NCBI GenBank assembly: GCA_965197525.1
Contig: OZ240211.1
Location: forward strand, 160,001 to 224,000
Length of the DNA: 64,000 nucleotides
From: Nitrosopumilus sp.
GTDB lineage: Archaea; Thermoproteota; Nitrososphaeria; Nitrososphaerales; Nitrosopumilaceae
Direction: 5' to 3'
The notes under the pieces are model-generated. The model was not told the DNA's origin and searched no databases. It saw nothing but the letters and a program-made list of their open reading frames with translations. The position numbers were made by a program, and so were the translations under genes. Shown piece by piece: positions 17,702 to 27,365 of the stretch (positions are counted from its first letter, which is position 1; every line of letters starts with the position of its first letter).

Positions 17702-18613
17702 GTGAACAACTTATTCTTTTTTTTGACTGTTGTTATTTTGTTTACTATTACTGCGTCAACTAGTAGTACAATCGCCGTTGCTCAATCTAGCTATAACGTG
17801 ATCATTCCTGATGGTGCTGCAAATTCTTACGCTCCATTTTTTTGGCAAAATGAGTTTGACGGTTCAACTACGGGTATAGTTGAGATCTTACCCGGTGATA
17901 CGATTACTTGGAAGAACGTTGACTCTGCAGTACACACAGTCACGTCTGGTACTGATTCTGACGGGTATGATGGTATGTTTGATAGTGGATTATTTGGTCC
18001 CGGGAAATCTTTTTCGCATATCTTTGAGCAGCCTGGGGTTTATCCTTACTACTGCTTGCCTCATCCTTGGATGGAAGGTACAGTTTTTGTTGTTGCAGCA
18101 GTTGATGATGGTGACGCTACTGATATATTTAACAACTATTCTGTCATCCCGGATGTTGGCAAACAAGTGGGCGATGGTTCTGCATTCTTTGATGTAGAGT
18201 ATGATTTTGATCGTATCATTATTCTATCTGCAATCCGTGAAGAAGAAAAATCGATAACTTTTGAGATAACAGATAACTACAGCAACAATAGTAATAGTGA
18301 TAATAACGATAACAACAACAACCGTATCAAACCTCTAAACCATGATTTAACACTACGTTTTCCTTCTGCATTAATTGACGGCGACTTTGTAATCTTTGTT
18401 GACGGTGACAAACTCTTGGACTATGATCAAAAATATGACGGCACTCACCACACTTTACATATTGTATTATCTGCAGACTCTGAATTCCTTACAATTATGG
18501 GCACATCCATTGTTCCAGAATTTGGCAGTAGTGCTATATTGATATTATTTGGTGTATCGATTGTCACTATGACTATTTTGTGTCAGCGTCTAAAATTAAG
18601 ATTACAATATTGA
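17702..18613 (+). CDS. Cupredoxin (plastocyanin/azurin-like) surface protein with PEFG-CTERM anchor
   Basis: HTVTSG and YYCLPHPWM type-1 copper ligands; C-terminal VPEFG plus TM helix plus basic tail. Confidence 0.88.
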   Translation: MNNLFFFLTVVILFTITASTSSTIAVAQSSYNVIIPDGAANSYAPFFWQNEFDGSTTGIVEILPGDTITWKNVDSAVHTVTSGTDSDGYDGMFDSGLFGPGKSFSHIFEQPGVYPYYCLPHPWMEGTVFVVAAVDDGDATDIFNNYSVIPDVGKQVGDGSAFFDVEYDFDRIIILSAIREEEKSITFEITDNYSNNSNSDNNDNNNNRIKPLNHDLTLRFPSALIDGDFVIFVDGDKLLDYDQKYDGTHHTLHIVLSADSEFLTIMGTSIVPEFGSSAILILFGVSIVTMTILCQRLKLRLQY

Positions 18614-18776
18614 AATTTTTGCAGCTACACACTTTACATGTTGCTCACTCTGTGGCATGATCATACGTCAAAACAATTTTATGGTATATTTGATTATAAT
18701 ATACATCTATATCATGTAGCTGTTTATCTACAAACAGCACGACCTATTTTTTTTAAAGTTGATCAAACACAAAAAC

Positions 18777-18789
18777 AAAAAAAAAAAAA
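18777..18789 (-). terminator. Oligo-T archaeal terminator candidate downstream of the O-methyltransferase gene
   Basis: 13-nt A run on + (T run on -) about 60 nt past the stop. Confidence 0.35.
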
Positions 18790-18850
18790 TACTTTGTTAT
18801 CAATGAAATTGATATTTGATTCTCAGAGCTCTTAAATGACATCTTTGATA

Positions 18851-19471
18851 TTATTTCTTTATCTTTGTTGTAATCTCTATTCCATTACCTATAGGCACTG
18901 TTACTGTTCTGAGTTTGCAGTTCTTGTTCAGATGTGTTGAGAGTTTCTCCATATCCTGTCTGTATTTCTGAGGGTACAACATGTTATCGGTGACCACTAT
19001 TCCGCCTACTGATACCATTGGCAAAACCAAGTCAAAATACTTTATGACATTCTCTTTATCTGCATCAATTAAAACGAAATCAAAAAACTCTCTATTCTCT
19101 TTTTCTGCGTTTAACTGTGATAGTATATCCATTGCTAGGCCTCTCTTAATTATGATGTTGTTTTTTATACCTGCCTTGCGAAAATTCTTCTCTGCACGCC
19201 TGATCTTCTCTGCATCTTGCTCTATTGCGATGACCTTGCCTGACTGCTTCAAGACGGCTTCTGCACACCATATTGTTGAATATCCAACTGACATTCCAAT
19301 CTCCAGCGCATTCTTGGCATGTATAAGATGCATCATCATGTTTATCAGTCTTCCAGTGTCTTCAGTTATTGCAAGCATTCTCTCTTTTGGGGCCACATCT
19401 ACCTTTCTTGTTTTCTCAAGGTTTGATCGTTCTTCTAATGCTTCTAGTATGTCTAAGATAGATTTTTTCAT
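18851..19471 (-). CDS. SAM-dependent O-methyltransferase (Methyltransf_3 type)
   Basis: ALEIGMSVGYSTIW, FDFVLIDADK and VVTDN motifs. Confidence 0.9.
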   Translation of the reverse strand: MKKSILDILEALEERSNLEKTRKVDVAPKERMLAITEDTGRLINMMMHLIHAKNALEIGMSVGYSTIWCAEAVLKQSGKVIAIEQDAEKIRRAEKNFRKAGIKNNIIIKRGLAMDILSQLNAEKENREFFDFVLIDADKENVIKYFDLVLPMVSVGGIVVTDNMLYPQKYRQDMEKLSTHLNKNCKLRTVTVPIGNGIEITTKIKK

Positions 19472-19626
19472 TCTACTTGGATTGGTTTAGTTTTTAGAGA
19501 AATTTAAAGCGTTGTCTAAAAAATTTAATAGATTATATGGCTCTGTCGCATTCACGAGTGGTAAAATAAAACCAAATAAATAAAAAAACACCTTTATTAA
19601 AAACAAGCCTTGTAATTTATAATAAC

Positions 19627-20826
19627 ATGCAAGCCATAAAATCAATAACACAAAAGCATACGCCAAACTCTGAACTAAAAGAGTTGATGGATACATTCAT
19701 AGAAATGGTAAACCTTTCCATTAGAATAGGACTAAAAGAAGATGTATACAATATGAAACGGTTGTCTTATCTATGTTATCATGAGTTAAATCAATATGAT
19801 ATCTTATCATCATACAAGCTCAATGCAATATCAAGGGCTGCTGGCATACTATCAAACAGAAGGCAATCAATAAAACGTGGCGTCAAAGTTAAATATCCAA
19901 AAATAAAAAAGCCATTTATCACTAATTGTTACGGTATAAAACACAATGGTGCACTACTAACAATACCATTCAAGAACAGGCAACCTATCAATATACTGTT
20001 AAATGATCACACTCAAAATATTCTGTCTGACCCTGAATTAACTATACGTTCATTTTCATTAAATGATGGCACCATTAGTATTTGTGTCTCAAAACAAATA
20101 GAAGAGATAGAGTGCTCCAATGTAGTAGGTATAGACAGAAACCTTAGAAATATCACATGTGGGAATGATGAAAAAGTAATGTTCTATAAAACTAACAAAC
20201 TGTTATCTATCAAAGAGAACACAATACATGCAAGAGCTGGTTTTCACAGAAATGATCGAAGAAAGAAAGGTCGATTCTGGAAGGTAAAACAGCAAAGAAT
20301 GGCCAATAGAACAAAACAATACATACACAAAATATCAAAAGATATTGTGGATAATGCCGTTAGTAAAAAGGCTGTAATTGTGTTAGAAAACTTGAAAGGA
20401 ATAAGAAAATTGTACAAGAAAGGAAATGGTCAAGGAAACAAGTATAGACGTAGATTGAATGGCTGGCAATTCTACGAGTTACAACGCCAAATAGAATACA
20501 AAGCCCAATGGGCTGGACTCCCAGTCAAATTTGTAGACCCAAAACGCACGAGCACGCAATGTCCAAGATGCGGAAAGAAACTCCAAGAGGACATGCAACA
20601 ACATCGTAAAATGTCGTGTAATAATTGTGGATTATTCATGGACAGAGACATCATAGCTGCCATGAACATATCACGCAAACTGTCCCCTAGGTTTAGGGAT
20701 AGTAGAGATGGCATAAGTGAAGCGCAGTCTGACGTTTTTGAATCAGCGATGATGGAACCCTGCAGACAGGTAATCCAGATAGTCGATATGTCAAAGTCCA
20801 GTGTTCTGAGTAATTGTTATTGTTAA
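19627..20826 (+). CDS. tnpB: RNA-guided endonuclease TnpB
   Basis: GIDRN / IVLENL / CPRC..CNNC / DRDIIAAMNI intact. Confidence 0.95.
   Translation: MQAIKSITQKHTPNSELKELMDTFIEMVNLSIRIGLKEDVYNMKRLSYLCYHELNQYDILSSYKLNAISRAAGILSNRRQSIKRGVKVKYPKIKKPFITNCYGIKHNGALLTIPFKNRQPINILLNDHTQNILSDPELTIRSFSLNDGTISICVSKQIEEIECSNVVGIDRNLRNITCGNDEKVMFYKTNKLLSIKENTIHARAGFHRNDRRKKGRFWKVKQQRMANRTKQYIHKISKDIVDNAVSKKAVIVLENLKGIRKLYKKGNGQGNKYRRRLNGWQFYELQRQIEYKAQWAGLPVKFVDPKRTSTQCPRCGKKLQEDMQQHRKMSCNNCGLFMDRDIIAAMNISRKLSPRFRDSRDGISEAQSDVFESAMMEPCRQVIQIVDMSKSSVLSNCYC
20680..20798 (+). ncRNA. Predicted omega-RNA scaffold (copy 2)
   Basis: Same stems as copy 1 with compensatory changes. Confidence 0.7.
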
Positions 20827-20886
20827 TAACACCACTCGTGAATGCAACAGAACCGATTATATTTAGCAAATAAATTTTCAAATCAT

Positions 20887-21264
20887 ATGGCAAGTCCAAA
20901 AATGGATCTCAAAGACATTATCTGCCAAATTCTGGAATTGGATTCTAAGATGAGATTTGCGGCAATAATTAACAAGAAAGGCGTGATCAGAGAGGCCATA
21001 ATAAAGGTTGACAAAACTGTGCTGAAAACTCAGCAAGAAGAGGAACATTTCTGTTATCAGGTTGCACAGAGACGAACTATGAGACATGAGTTTGATAAAT
21101 CTCTTGGAAAGGTACGATATGTTCATGTTGAACGCGAAAAGGTCTCTCAGATGGTCATATATACAAAAAAGAACACCATCTACTTTACCATGGAACCTGA
21201 GATGCCAATTAACACAAAAATCCAGATTGTCAACAAAGTTAAAAACATCACTACCAACATTTAA
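20887..21264 (+). CDS. Thaumarchaeal hypothetical protein (roadblock/longin-like sensor-type family)
   Basis: ICQILELDSKMRFAAIINKKG...RYVHVEREKV; the ORF-track start 20842 is an ATG inside the TIR. Confidence 0.7.
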   Translation: MASPKMDLKDIICQILELDSKMRFAAIINKKGVIREAIIKVDKTVLKTQQEEEHFCYQVAQRRTMRHEFDKSLGKVRYVHVEREKVSQMVIYTKKNTIYFTMEPEMPINTKIQIVNKVKNITTNI

Positions 21265-21297
21265 GATCTTTAAATCACTGTTTAGTTTTAGACTGTT

Positions 21298-21654
21298 ATG
21301 TCATCTCTCAAGTATATCGGTGACTCAAAGATGTTCGAGTATGACAAGTATTATCATATGTGTAAAGAACAGATGAAGCCGTTTATCAAGGCAAAGAAGA
21401 GTTCAATACATGGAAATTATTTTGTTCAAATTGATCTGATGACTTGTGGGTACACTATGTCAAAACTAGAGCAGCGTCTTGTACAGGAATTGATCGAAGA
21501 TGAGATACAGTATGTAGAGTCTGAGTCACGGTATGCATTTCGTGGATTTAATATTGACAAAGAGCTTGCATGGTTTGATGGTGTGTCAGTTGAGCACGTT
21601 GATAGTTTTTGTAACAGTCTTTATGATATAGCTCAAAAACATCACAGCAACTAG
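21298..21654 (+). CDS. Hypothetical protein
   Basis: 118-aa ORF, ATG start. Confidence 0.65.
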   Translation: MSSLKYIGDSKMFEYDKYYHMCKEQMKPFIKAKKSSIHGNYFVQIDLMTCGYTMSKLEQRLVQELIEDEIQYVESESRYAFRGFNIDKELAWFDGVSVEHVDSFCNSLYDIAQKHHSN

Positions 21655-21938
21655 TGACTATCTGGCAGAATTTGGTGTTTATCTGATTGTTTGATTTTCA
21701 AACGGACAATCTGCTTTTTTAATCTGTCCTCATCATCCTCATCCTCATCCTCATCATCAATCCAAAAACTTATCTCTAGCTGAATTCATATCATGTTGTT
21801 AATTGGCTAGATTGAGAAATATGTTGAATACTCTACATTCTGTCTCAAATAATTAAACGGTTTGATGTTTGAGCCAGTATTGCTGGATGCCAATTAACAA
21901 TCAAAACTCTTTTGTGGAAGACTCTGTTTCATGCTTTT

Positions 21939-22202
21939 ATGACACGAACGATATTCATCAAAGAGATAATTACCATACTAAAAGAGCCTAAACTCTGTCC
22001 GACTTGTCAACGTGGTGATAGATTGGAGGCTAGTATCATAAAAGAAGAGAGGTCAAATGGCAAAACCATCTTGTGTTCTAGATGTGAGGCATTGATCGTA
22101 ATCACAAACTATAAGCTATCTTGCGTGGAACTATCCTCAATTAGAGATGACCATACCATTATGCTCAAAGAACCACATCTGATTAGGATGGTAAGATACT
22201 AG
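21939..22202 (+). CDS. Small zinc-finger protein
   Basis: CPTC and CSRC pairs; ATG at 21939 in frame with the listed ORF. Confidence 0.7.
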   Translation: MTRTIFIKEIITILKEPKLCPTCQRGDRLEASIIKEERSNGKTILCSRCEALIVITNYKLSCVELSSIRDDHTIMLKEPHLIRMVRY

Positions 22203-22389
22203 CTAGATTTTTTACAATCTGTCTCTAGTTTGTTCACTAGTAATCCTGCATATGTCTTGTCATCTTGAATTGTGATTTTTTTAGTTTGTTTGGGTATAAT
22301 TATACGATAAGGTTCTGTTGGGTTAACGGGTGTTGATCAGAAATTATACTCATAACACTAAATATAGATAACCTTAAACCGTACAATAC

Positions 22390-23601
22390 TTGTTGAGAGC
22401 AATAAAGTCAATAGCACAAAAACATACACCAAACTCTGACCTAATGGACATGATGATCACGTTCACAGACATGGTTAACCGTTGTATCAAGATAGGGCTA
22501 AAGGAAGATACCCACAACATGAAACGGTTGTCTATGTTATGCTATCCCGAATTACGTCACTACGACATCCTATCTTCATACAAGCTCAATGCAATATCAC
22601 GAGCTGCTGGCATCCTGGCAAACAGAGATCAGTCAGTCAAACGTGGCCTCAAAGTAAAAGATCCAATTATCAAAAATCCGTTTATCACTAATTGTTACCG
22701 TATAAAACACAACGGCGCCTTACTCACAATTCCATACAAGCCAAGAAATCCAATTAACATCCTACTCGACGAACATACTCAAAAAATACTGTCTGATCCC
22801 GCCTTGGCAGTGCGCTCGTTTTCATTGACTGCTCTCAACATCAGTCTTTGTATTTCAAAAAAAGTACAGGAGATAGAGTGCACCAAGACAGTGGGAGTAG
22901 ACAGAAACCTTAGAAACGTCACATGCGGAAATGAAGAAGAGGTAACATTCTACAAAACCAACAAGTTACTCTCAATCAAAGAGAACACAATACATGCCAG
23001 ATCTGGTTTCCGTAGAAACGACAAAAGAAAGAAAGGTCAATTCTACAAAGAAAAACAGAGAAGAATGTCAAACAGGACAAAACAGTACATACACAGAATC
23101 TCAAAAAACATAGTAGACAATGCAGTCAAGAAAAAGGCTGTCATTGTTCTAGAAAATCTAAAGGGAATTAGAAAACTGTACAGAAAAGGAAACAATCAAG
23201 GCAACAAATACAGACGTAGATTGAACGGATGGCAATTCTTTGAACTACAAAGACAAATAGAATACAAAGCCCAATGGGTCGGGCTACCTGTAAAAACAGT
23301 AGACCCAAAAAACACGAGCACGCAGTGTCCGCAATGCGGAAAGAGACTCCAAGAGGACATGCAACAACATCGTAAATCATCGTGTAATAATTGCGGTTTG
23401 TTTATGGACAGGGATATCATCGCTGCCATGAACATATCACGCAAACTGTCTCCTAGGTTTAGAGATAGTAGAGATGGCATACATGAAGCGCAGTCCGGTG
23501 TTTTTGAACCGGCGATGGCGGAACCCTGCAGACCGGTAATCCGAATAGTCGATATGTCAAAGTCGAGTAGTCAATGTGTTGTTGATGGTTGTGGAATCTG
23601 A
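22390..23601 (+). CDS. tnpB: RNA-guided endonuclease TnpB
   Basis: GVDRN / IVLENL / CPQC..CNNC / DRDIIAAMNI intact. Confidence 0.95.
   Translation: MLRAIKSIAQKHTPNSDLMDMMITFTDMVNRCIKIGLKEDTHNMKRLSMLCYPELRHYDILSSYKLNAISRAAGILANRDQSVKRGLKVKDPIIKNPFITNCYRIKHNGALLTIPYKPRNPINILLDEHTQKILSDPALAVRSFSLTALNISLCISKKVQEIECTKTVGVDRNLRNVTCGNEEEVTFYKTNKLLSIKENTIHARSGFRRNDKRKKGQFYKEKQRRMSNRTKQYIHRISKNIVDNAVKKKAVIVLENLKGIRKLYRKGNNQGNKYRRRLNGWQFFELQRQIEYKAQWVGLPVKTVDPKNTSTQCPQCGKRLQEDMQQHRKSSCNNCGLFMDRDIIAAMNISRKLSPRFRDSRDGIHEAQSGVFEPAMAEPCRPVIRIVDMSKSSSQCVVDGCGI
23446..23564 (+). ncRNA. Predicted omega-RNA scaffold (copy 3)
   Basis: Covarying stems, e.g. CTGTCTCCTA/TAGAGATAG and CCGGT/ACCGG. Confidence 0.7.
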
Positions 23602-23672
23602 CATGATCCTCAGCAGTCAACACCCGTTAACCCAACAGAACCATAATATAGTCATAGTTTGTAATACAAACA

Positions 23673-23738
23673 GCTGCTGATGATTAATCCACCTTCTAAG
23701 CTATGCTGAACTATGATGAGTTTGCCGAATTATGAAGC
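23673..23738 (+). ncRNA. Candidate box C/D guide sRNA
   Basis: C box CTGATGA 23677-83, D' CTGA 23706-09, C' ATGATGA 23713-19, variant D ATGA 23732-35, terminal stem GCT/AGC. Guides CTTCTAAGCT and TTTGCCGAATT are antisense to recalled conserved 23S rRNA motifs. Confidence 0.5.
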
Positions 23739-23996
23739 GCGTTTTCTAAAATATACGTTTATACATTTTTAAAAATTTATCCGGACATTAAATGTAAATA
23801 GCTGTACCATATATGTCAAAATAACACTGACAGTTTCGTACGTGTTGTAAACTGGAATAATTTTTATCTTACATGATAAAATTTTGTATGTATTTTAATT
23901 CAGTTTTCTGATTTACTGTTTGGTTATCTCCATTTAGAATTTGTAATAATATACACTTTAACGCATATTTTCATTATAACATATTGCAGATATTAA

Positions 23997-24437
23997 CTAA
24001 ATATCCTGATTCTCCTTTAGTAGATTCTTTCTGACAAGTATTGGAATGTTATAAAACACTCCTAGCGCTATGGCATCTGATGCGCGATAGTTCTTTAATA
24101 CTAGATCTTTTTTGCCTGTAAAATACAAGTTTGCGCGTAACACTTGACCGCTCTCGTAAACTTTTACTTTGACTAGAACCATCTCATTTTCTTCGCATAT
24201 CTCTTCGAGCATCTGGTATATTGATGGCGGTGCATCCATGTCATCATTTTGCTGTTTTGTTTGACTAAAACCTATGATCTGCCGCGCTACCTCGCCTGAA
24301 AACGCTCTCATGTGGAACTCTTTATGGTTGCCATTCTTCAGTATGACCATTCCTTCAATCCCGTATGGGTCAACAAACCCAATATAGCCAATATGAACAG
24401 AATCATAATCAATCTCTTGGGCTTGATCAATTTTCAT
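23997..24437 (-). CDS. Bifunctional nuclease (DUF151) family protein
   Basis: PPSIYQMLEEI..., RASDAIAL...PILV motif. Confidence 0.85.
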   Translation of the reverse strand: MKIDQAQEIDYDSVHIGYIGFVDPYGIEGMVILKNGNHKEFHMRAFSGEVARQIIGFSQTKQQNDDMDAPPSIYQMLEEICEENEMVLVKVKVYESGQVLRANLYFTGKKDLVLKNYRASDAIALGVFYNIPILVRKNLLKENQDI

Positions 24438-24568
24438 AGTATCTAAAAATTTGATTTACTATTTATAAAGATACTAAAACAGTAAAGGATTCAAAGAAAG
24501 AAATATCACTAAACAGTCAAACATACGCAGTCAATAATTATTTAAAATCAATAATAAAGTATACCGTA

Positions 24569-26389
24569 ATGTCAGAGAATCCTCGCAAGTCTACATCTTA
24601 TGCTCTAAATAAATCTGTGACAAACTACATGAACAAAGATGTATTGACACTCAATCTTAATACCAAAACTAGAGTAGCTGCTAGGATGCTCCATCGCAAT
24701 GAAGCAGACGACATTGTGGTAGTCGATGAGAATAAACTTCCTGTGGGAATAGTCACTGATGAGGACATTCTAAGTAAGGTAAGTGACGTTACTGTTTATG
24801 CAGAGACCACTCTATTAAAGGACATTATGAGCACTCCCTTAATTACAATAGGTGAGAAATCAACCCTCAAAGAAGCTTTACGTGTAATGAAAGACCATAA
24901 GATTAGAAAGCTTCCGGTAATAACAAAGAAGAATGAGCTAGTTGGTATCATACTTCAATCAGTCATCGCAAATGTTATCAGGAATGCCACGTATACCACG
25001 CCTCGTCTCTTGAGTCCACCTGTAAAGGCCATATTGGGTAATCTGGGGTTTGTATTACAGTTTGCAGGGGTGTTACTACTGGTACCTGCAATACTTGCCA
25101 CGGTACTCGAAGATACTACCACGGCTACCGGCATATATCTTACCACTGTACTGTTACTGGTTACGGGATTCTTTCTGAACTCGTATGGTGAAAAGTCCAA
25201 CCTCAACTTGCAGCAGGCATCCATACTTGTCTTTTCAAGCTTGTTTTTACTGTCGCTGTTTGGCACCATACCTTATCTGTATGTATTTCCAAACGATGCA
25301 ACTGACATTGACGTGTTTAGTAACGCATTCTTTTCAAGTGCTGCCGGATTTACGACAGGAGGCATATCACTGTTTGACCAACCCGAGGAACTCTCTCAGA
25401 GTTTTACATTCTTTCGTAGCTATACCCAGCTTGTAGGAGGAATGAGTTTCATCTACCTTGTGATTACGGCATTTTATCCTGAATCCAAACTTCAAGCCAT
25501 GCGTAGTTTTATCTCTGGGCGAACGCTTCACATGAAAGAGCTTTTCATAACCATTACAGTAATCTTTGCAATCTATATTGCGATTGTAGCTGTTTTGCTG
25601 TATCTTTTTGGTGAGCGAAATATTATTGATAACTTTTCGCTTGCTATGAGTACACTTGCCACAGGCGGATTTACACCTACATCTACCATTTTTGACGGGT
25701 TTGTATGGCAGGAATATGTTATACTGATGGGTGCAATGATACTCGGAGCTCTTCCGTTTACATTTCATTACGGATTTGTGAGAAAAAAGTTCCTCTCACC
25801 AAAACTTGGCAAAGAGGTGCTAACATATTTTGCAATACTGGGTGGTGCAATCGTATTGTTTATGGGAGTTAGTGGATTGGATCCTTTACAAAGCGCGTTT
25901 TATTCTGTATCAGCTAGTACCACTGCCGGACTCCAACAAGAGAGTCTTGCAGGGTTGAGTGGTAGTGCGCATACCATCTTGATAATATTGATGTTTGTTG
26001 GGGGATGTGGATTCTCGACTGCTGGCGGTTTGAAGATCTTCCGCCTGTTTCATTTAAAGGATCTTCGTGCATTTCTAACAAAAGCCAAAAGATCGCAACT
26101 CTCTGATCAGACAAAAAAAGAGTTGATATCGACCCTCGTTATTATTATGCTGTTTCCGATTATAGCTTCAATTGCAGGACTACATCTTGCAGTAATTGAG
26201 GATGTCTCATATCAGGATGCATTTTTTGAGGCAGTGGGAGTTATTACTACTGGTGGACTGTCTGCAGGGGTAATTGATGTGGATACAGATTCTGCTACAA
26301 AGATAGTCTTGGGATTTTTGATGATATTTGGAAGATTGGAGATAATTGCAATAATTTACATCTTTGTTCCCAAGCTTAGTTCTACATGA
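24569..26389 (+). CDS. trkH: CBS-domain-fused TrkH potassium uptake protein
   Basis: N-terminal CBS pair (VGIVTDEDI, IRKLPV), then TrkH pore loops AGFTTGG, LATGGF, STTAGL and ITTGGL. Confidence 0.9.
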   Translation: MSENPRKSTSYALNKSVTNYMNKDVLTLNLNTKTRVAARMLHRNEADDIVVVDENKLPVGIVTDEDILSKVSDVTVYAETTLLKDIMSTPLITIGEKSTLKEALRVMKDHKIRKLPVITKKNELVGIILQSVIANVIRNATYTTPRLLSPPVKAILGNLGFVLQFAGVLLLVPAILATVLEDTTTATGIYLTTVLLLVTGFFLNSYGEKSNLNLQQASILVFSSLFLLSLFGTIPYLYVFPNDATDIDVFSNAFFSSAAGFTTGGISLFDQPEELSQSFTFFRSYTQLVGGMSFIYLVITAFYPESKLQAMRSFISGRTLHMKELFITITVIFAIYIAIVAVLLYLFGERNIIDNFSLAMSTLATGGFTPTSTIFDGFVWQEYVILMGAMILGALPFTFHYGFVRKKFLSPKLGKEVLTYFAILGGAIVLFMGVSGLDPLQSAFYSVSASTTAGLQQESLAGLSGSAHTILIILMFVGGCGFSTAGGLKIFRLFHLKDLRAFLTKAKRSQLSDQTKKELISTLVIIMLFPIIASIAGLHLAVIEDVSYQDAFFEAVGVITTGGLSAGVIDVDTDSATKIVLGFLMIFGRLEIIAIIYIFVPKLSST

Positions 26390-26443
26390 GGCGTTATATC
26401 CGTACTTGATATAGTAGTTTGAGATAAAATTTAATTTGACAAG

Positions 26444-27304
26444 GTGGCACATCAAATTATGAGTAATGAACGCGTCAATACAAACAAAGGAAAGCGACTC
26501 ATTATTCTGGGATTTGTAACTATTGCAATCTTGTTCATAGTTTATGGAAGGTATCAAAACTCTGAGCTTTTAACGCCTAGTGCAATTGATTCTATACAGA
26601 GAATCGCATACGGATTTTATATCACACTGATAGCATCGTTTGGCGCTATTGCATTTGGAATGTATACATATCACAAAGAAAAAATAAAAGAGCAGCAAGG
26701 CAAACTAGCACTAGTAAATACATTTGGCATCATTGCACTGGTAACGCAAACCAGTCGTGCCCGCAACGTGTTTGTTCTAACCTTTATCATATATGGGGCA
26801 TTCTTCTCCCTAGCATCAGGAACACTTGTGTATCAACCAGAGGTTAATTTTGTCACTCATTACGGGGCTACAATTCCGTCTGGATTTGTTGCACCGTGCT
26901 GTGATGAACCAGGATACATGCCAAAGATTATTCTATATGTAACTGAGCATGTAGGGCTGCAGATCATTCCAATTAATCTGGTACTGCAACTTGTTGTATC
27001 ATATTTAGTTGGGTTAAATGCGGCAGTTGCTGTAACTGCATACAGGATATCAAAGAGAGATAGTGGCGCAAGTACGATAGGGGCTGCTGCTGGTCTGTTT
27101 ATTGCATGTCCTACATGTGCTGGTACGTTCTTGTCTGTATTTGTAGGTACGGCAAGTGGTATTGCATTCTCTGTTGCAATAGCTCAACTACAGACATTGT
27201 TTATCGCAATATCTATTCCTGTACTAGTAGTCATACCTTATATCATGGCAAAAAAGTTGCAAAATCCTGATGATGGCAGCTGTAAGATAGATTTTACAAA
27301 ATAG
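26444..27304 (+). CDS. Multi-pass membrane protein with Cys motifs
   Basis: About seven hydrophobic segments; PCCDEPG and FIACPTCAG motifs. Confidence 0.75.
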   Translation: MAHQIMSNERVNTNKGKRLIILGFVTIAILFIVYGRYQNSELLTPSAIDSIQRIAYGFYITLIASFGAIAFGMYTYHKEKIKEQQGKLALVNTFGIIALVTQTSRARNVFVLTFIIYGAFFSLASGTLVYQPEVNFVTHYGATIPSGFVAPCCDEPGYMPKIILYVTEHVGLQIIPINLVLQLVVSYLVGLNAAVAVTAYRISKRDSGASTIGAAAGLFIACPTCAGTFLSVFVGTASGIAFSVAIAQLQTLFIAISIPVLVVIPYIMAKKLQNPDDGSCKIDFTK

Positions 27305-27365
27305 ACTTTGTGCATCAAACCAGATTATAGTACATTTAAATAAAACAATTTTTGACTCGTATTAT

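Larger units (their letters stand above)
19539..20854 (+). mobile_element. TnpB-only element, TIR family B (copy 2)
   Basis: 24-bp TIRs GG(C/T)TCTGT(C/T)GCATTCACGAGTGGT (22/24) at 19539-19562 and 20831-20854; perfect TSD GATTATAT at 19531-19538 and 20855-20862. Confidence 0.92.
22311..23642 (+). mobile_element. TnpB-only element, TIR family C (copy 3)
   Basis: Perfect 26-bp TIRs GGTTCTGTTGGGTTAACGGGTGTTGA at 22311-22336 and 23617-23642; flanks TACGATAA / ATAATATA do not form a TSD. Confidence 0.92.

Noticed and set aside
18280-18325. Asn-rich low-complexity insert in the cupredoxin
   Set aside because: In-frame triplet slippage in a loop; no evidence of function.
21727-21760. (CAT/CCT)n microsatellite encoding DDEDEDEDDED on the minus strand
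   Set aside because: The frame is closed by a stop just upstream and has no start; treated as a low-complexity intergenic tract or decayed gene.
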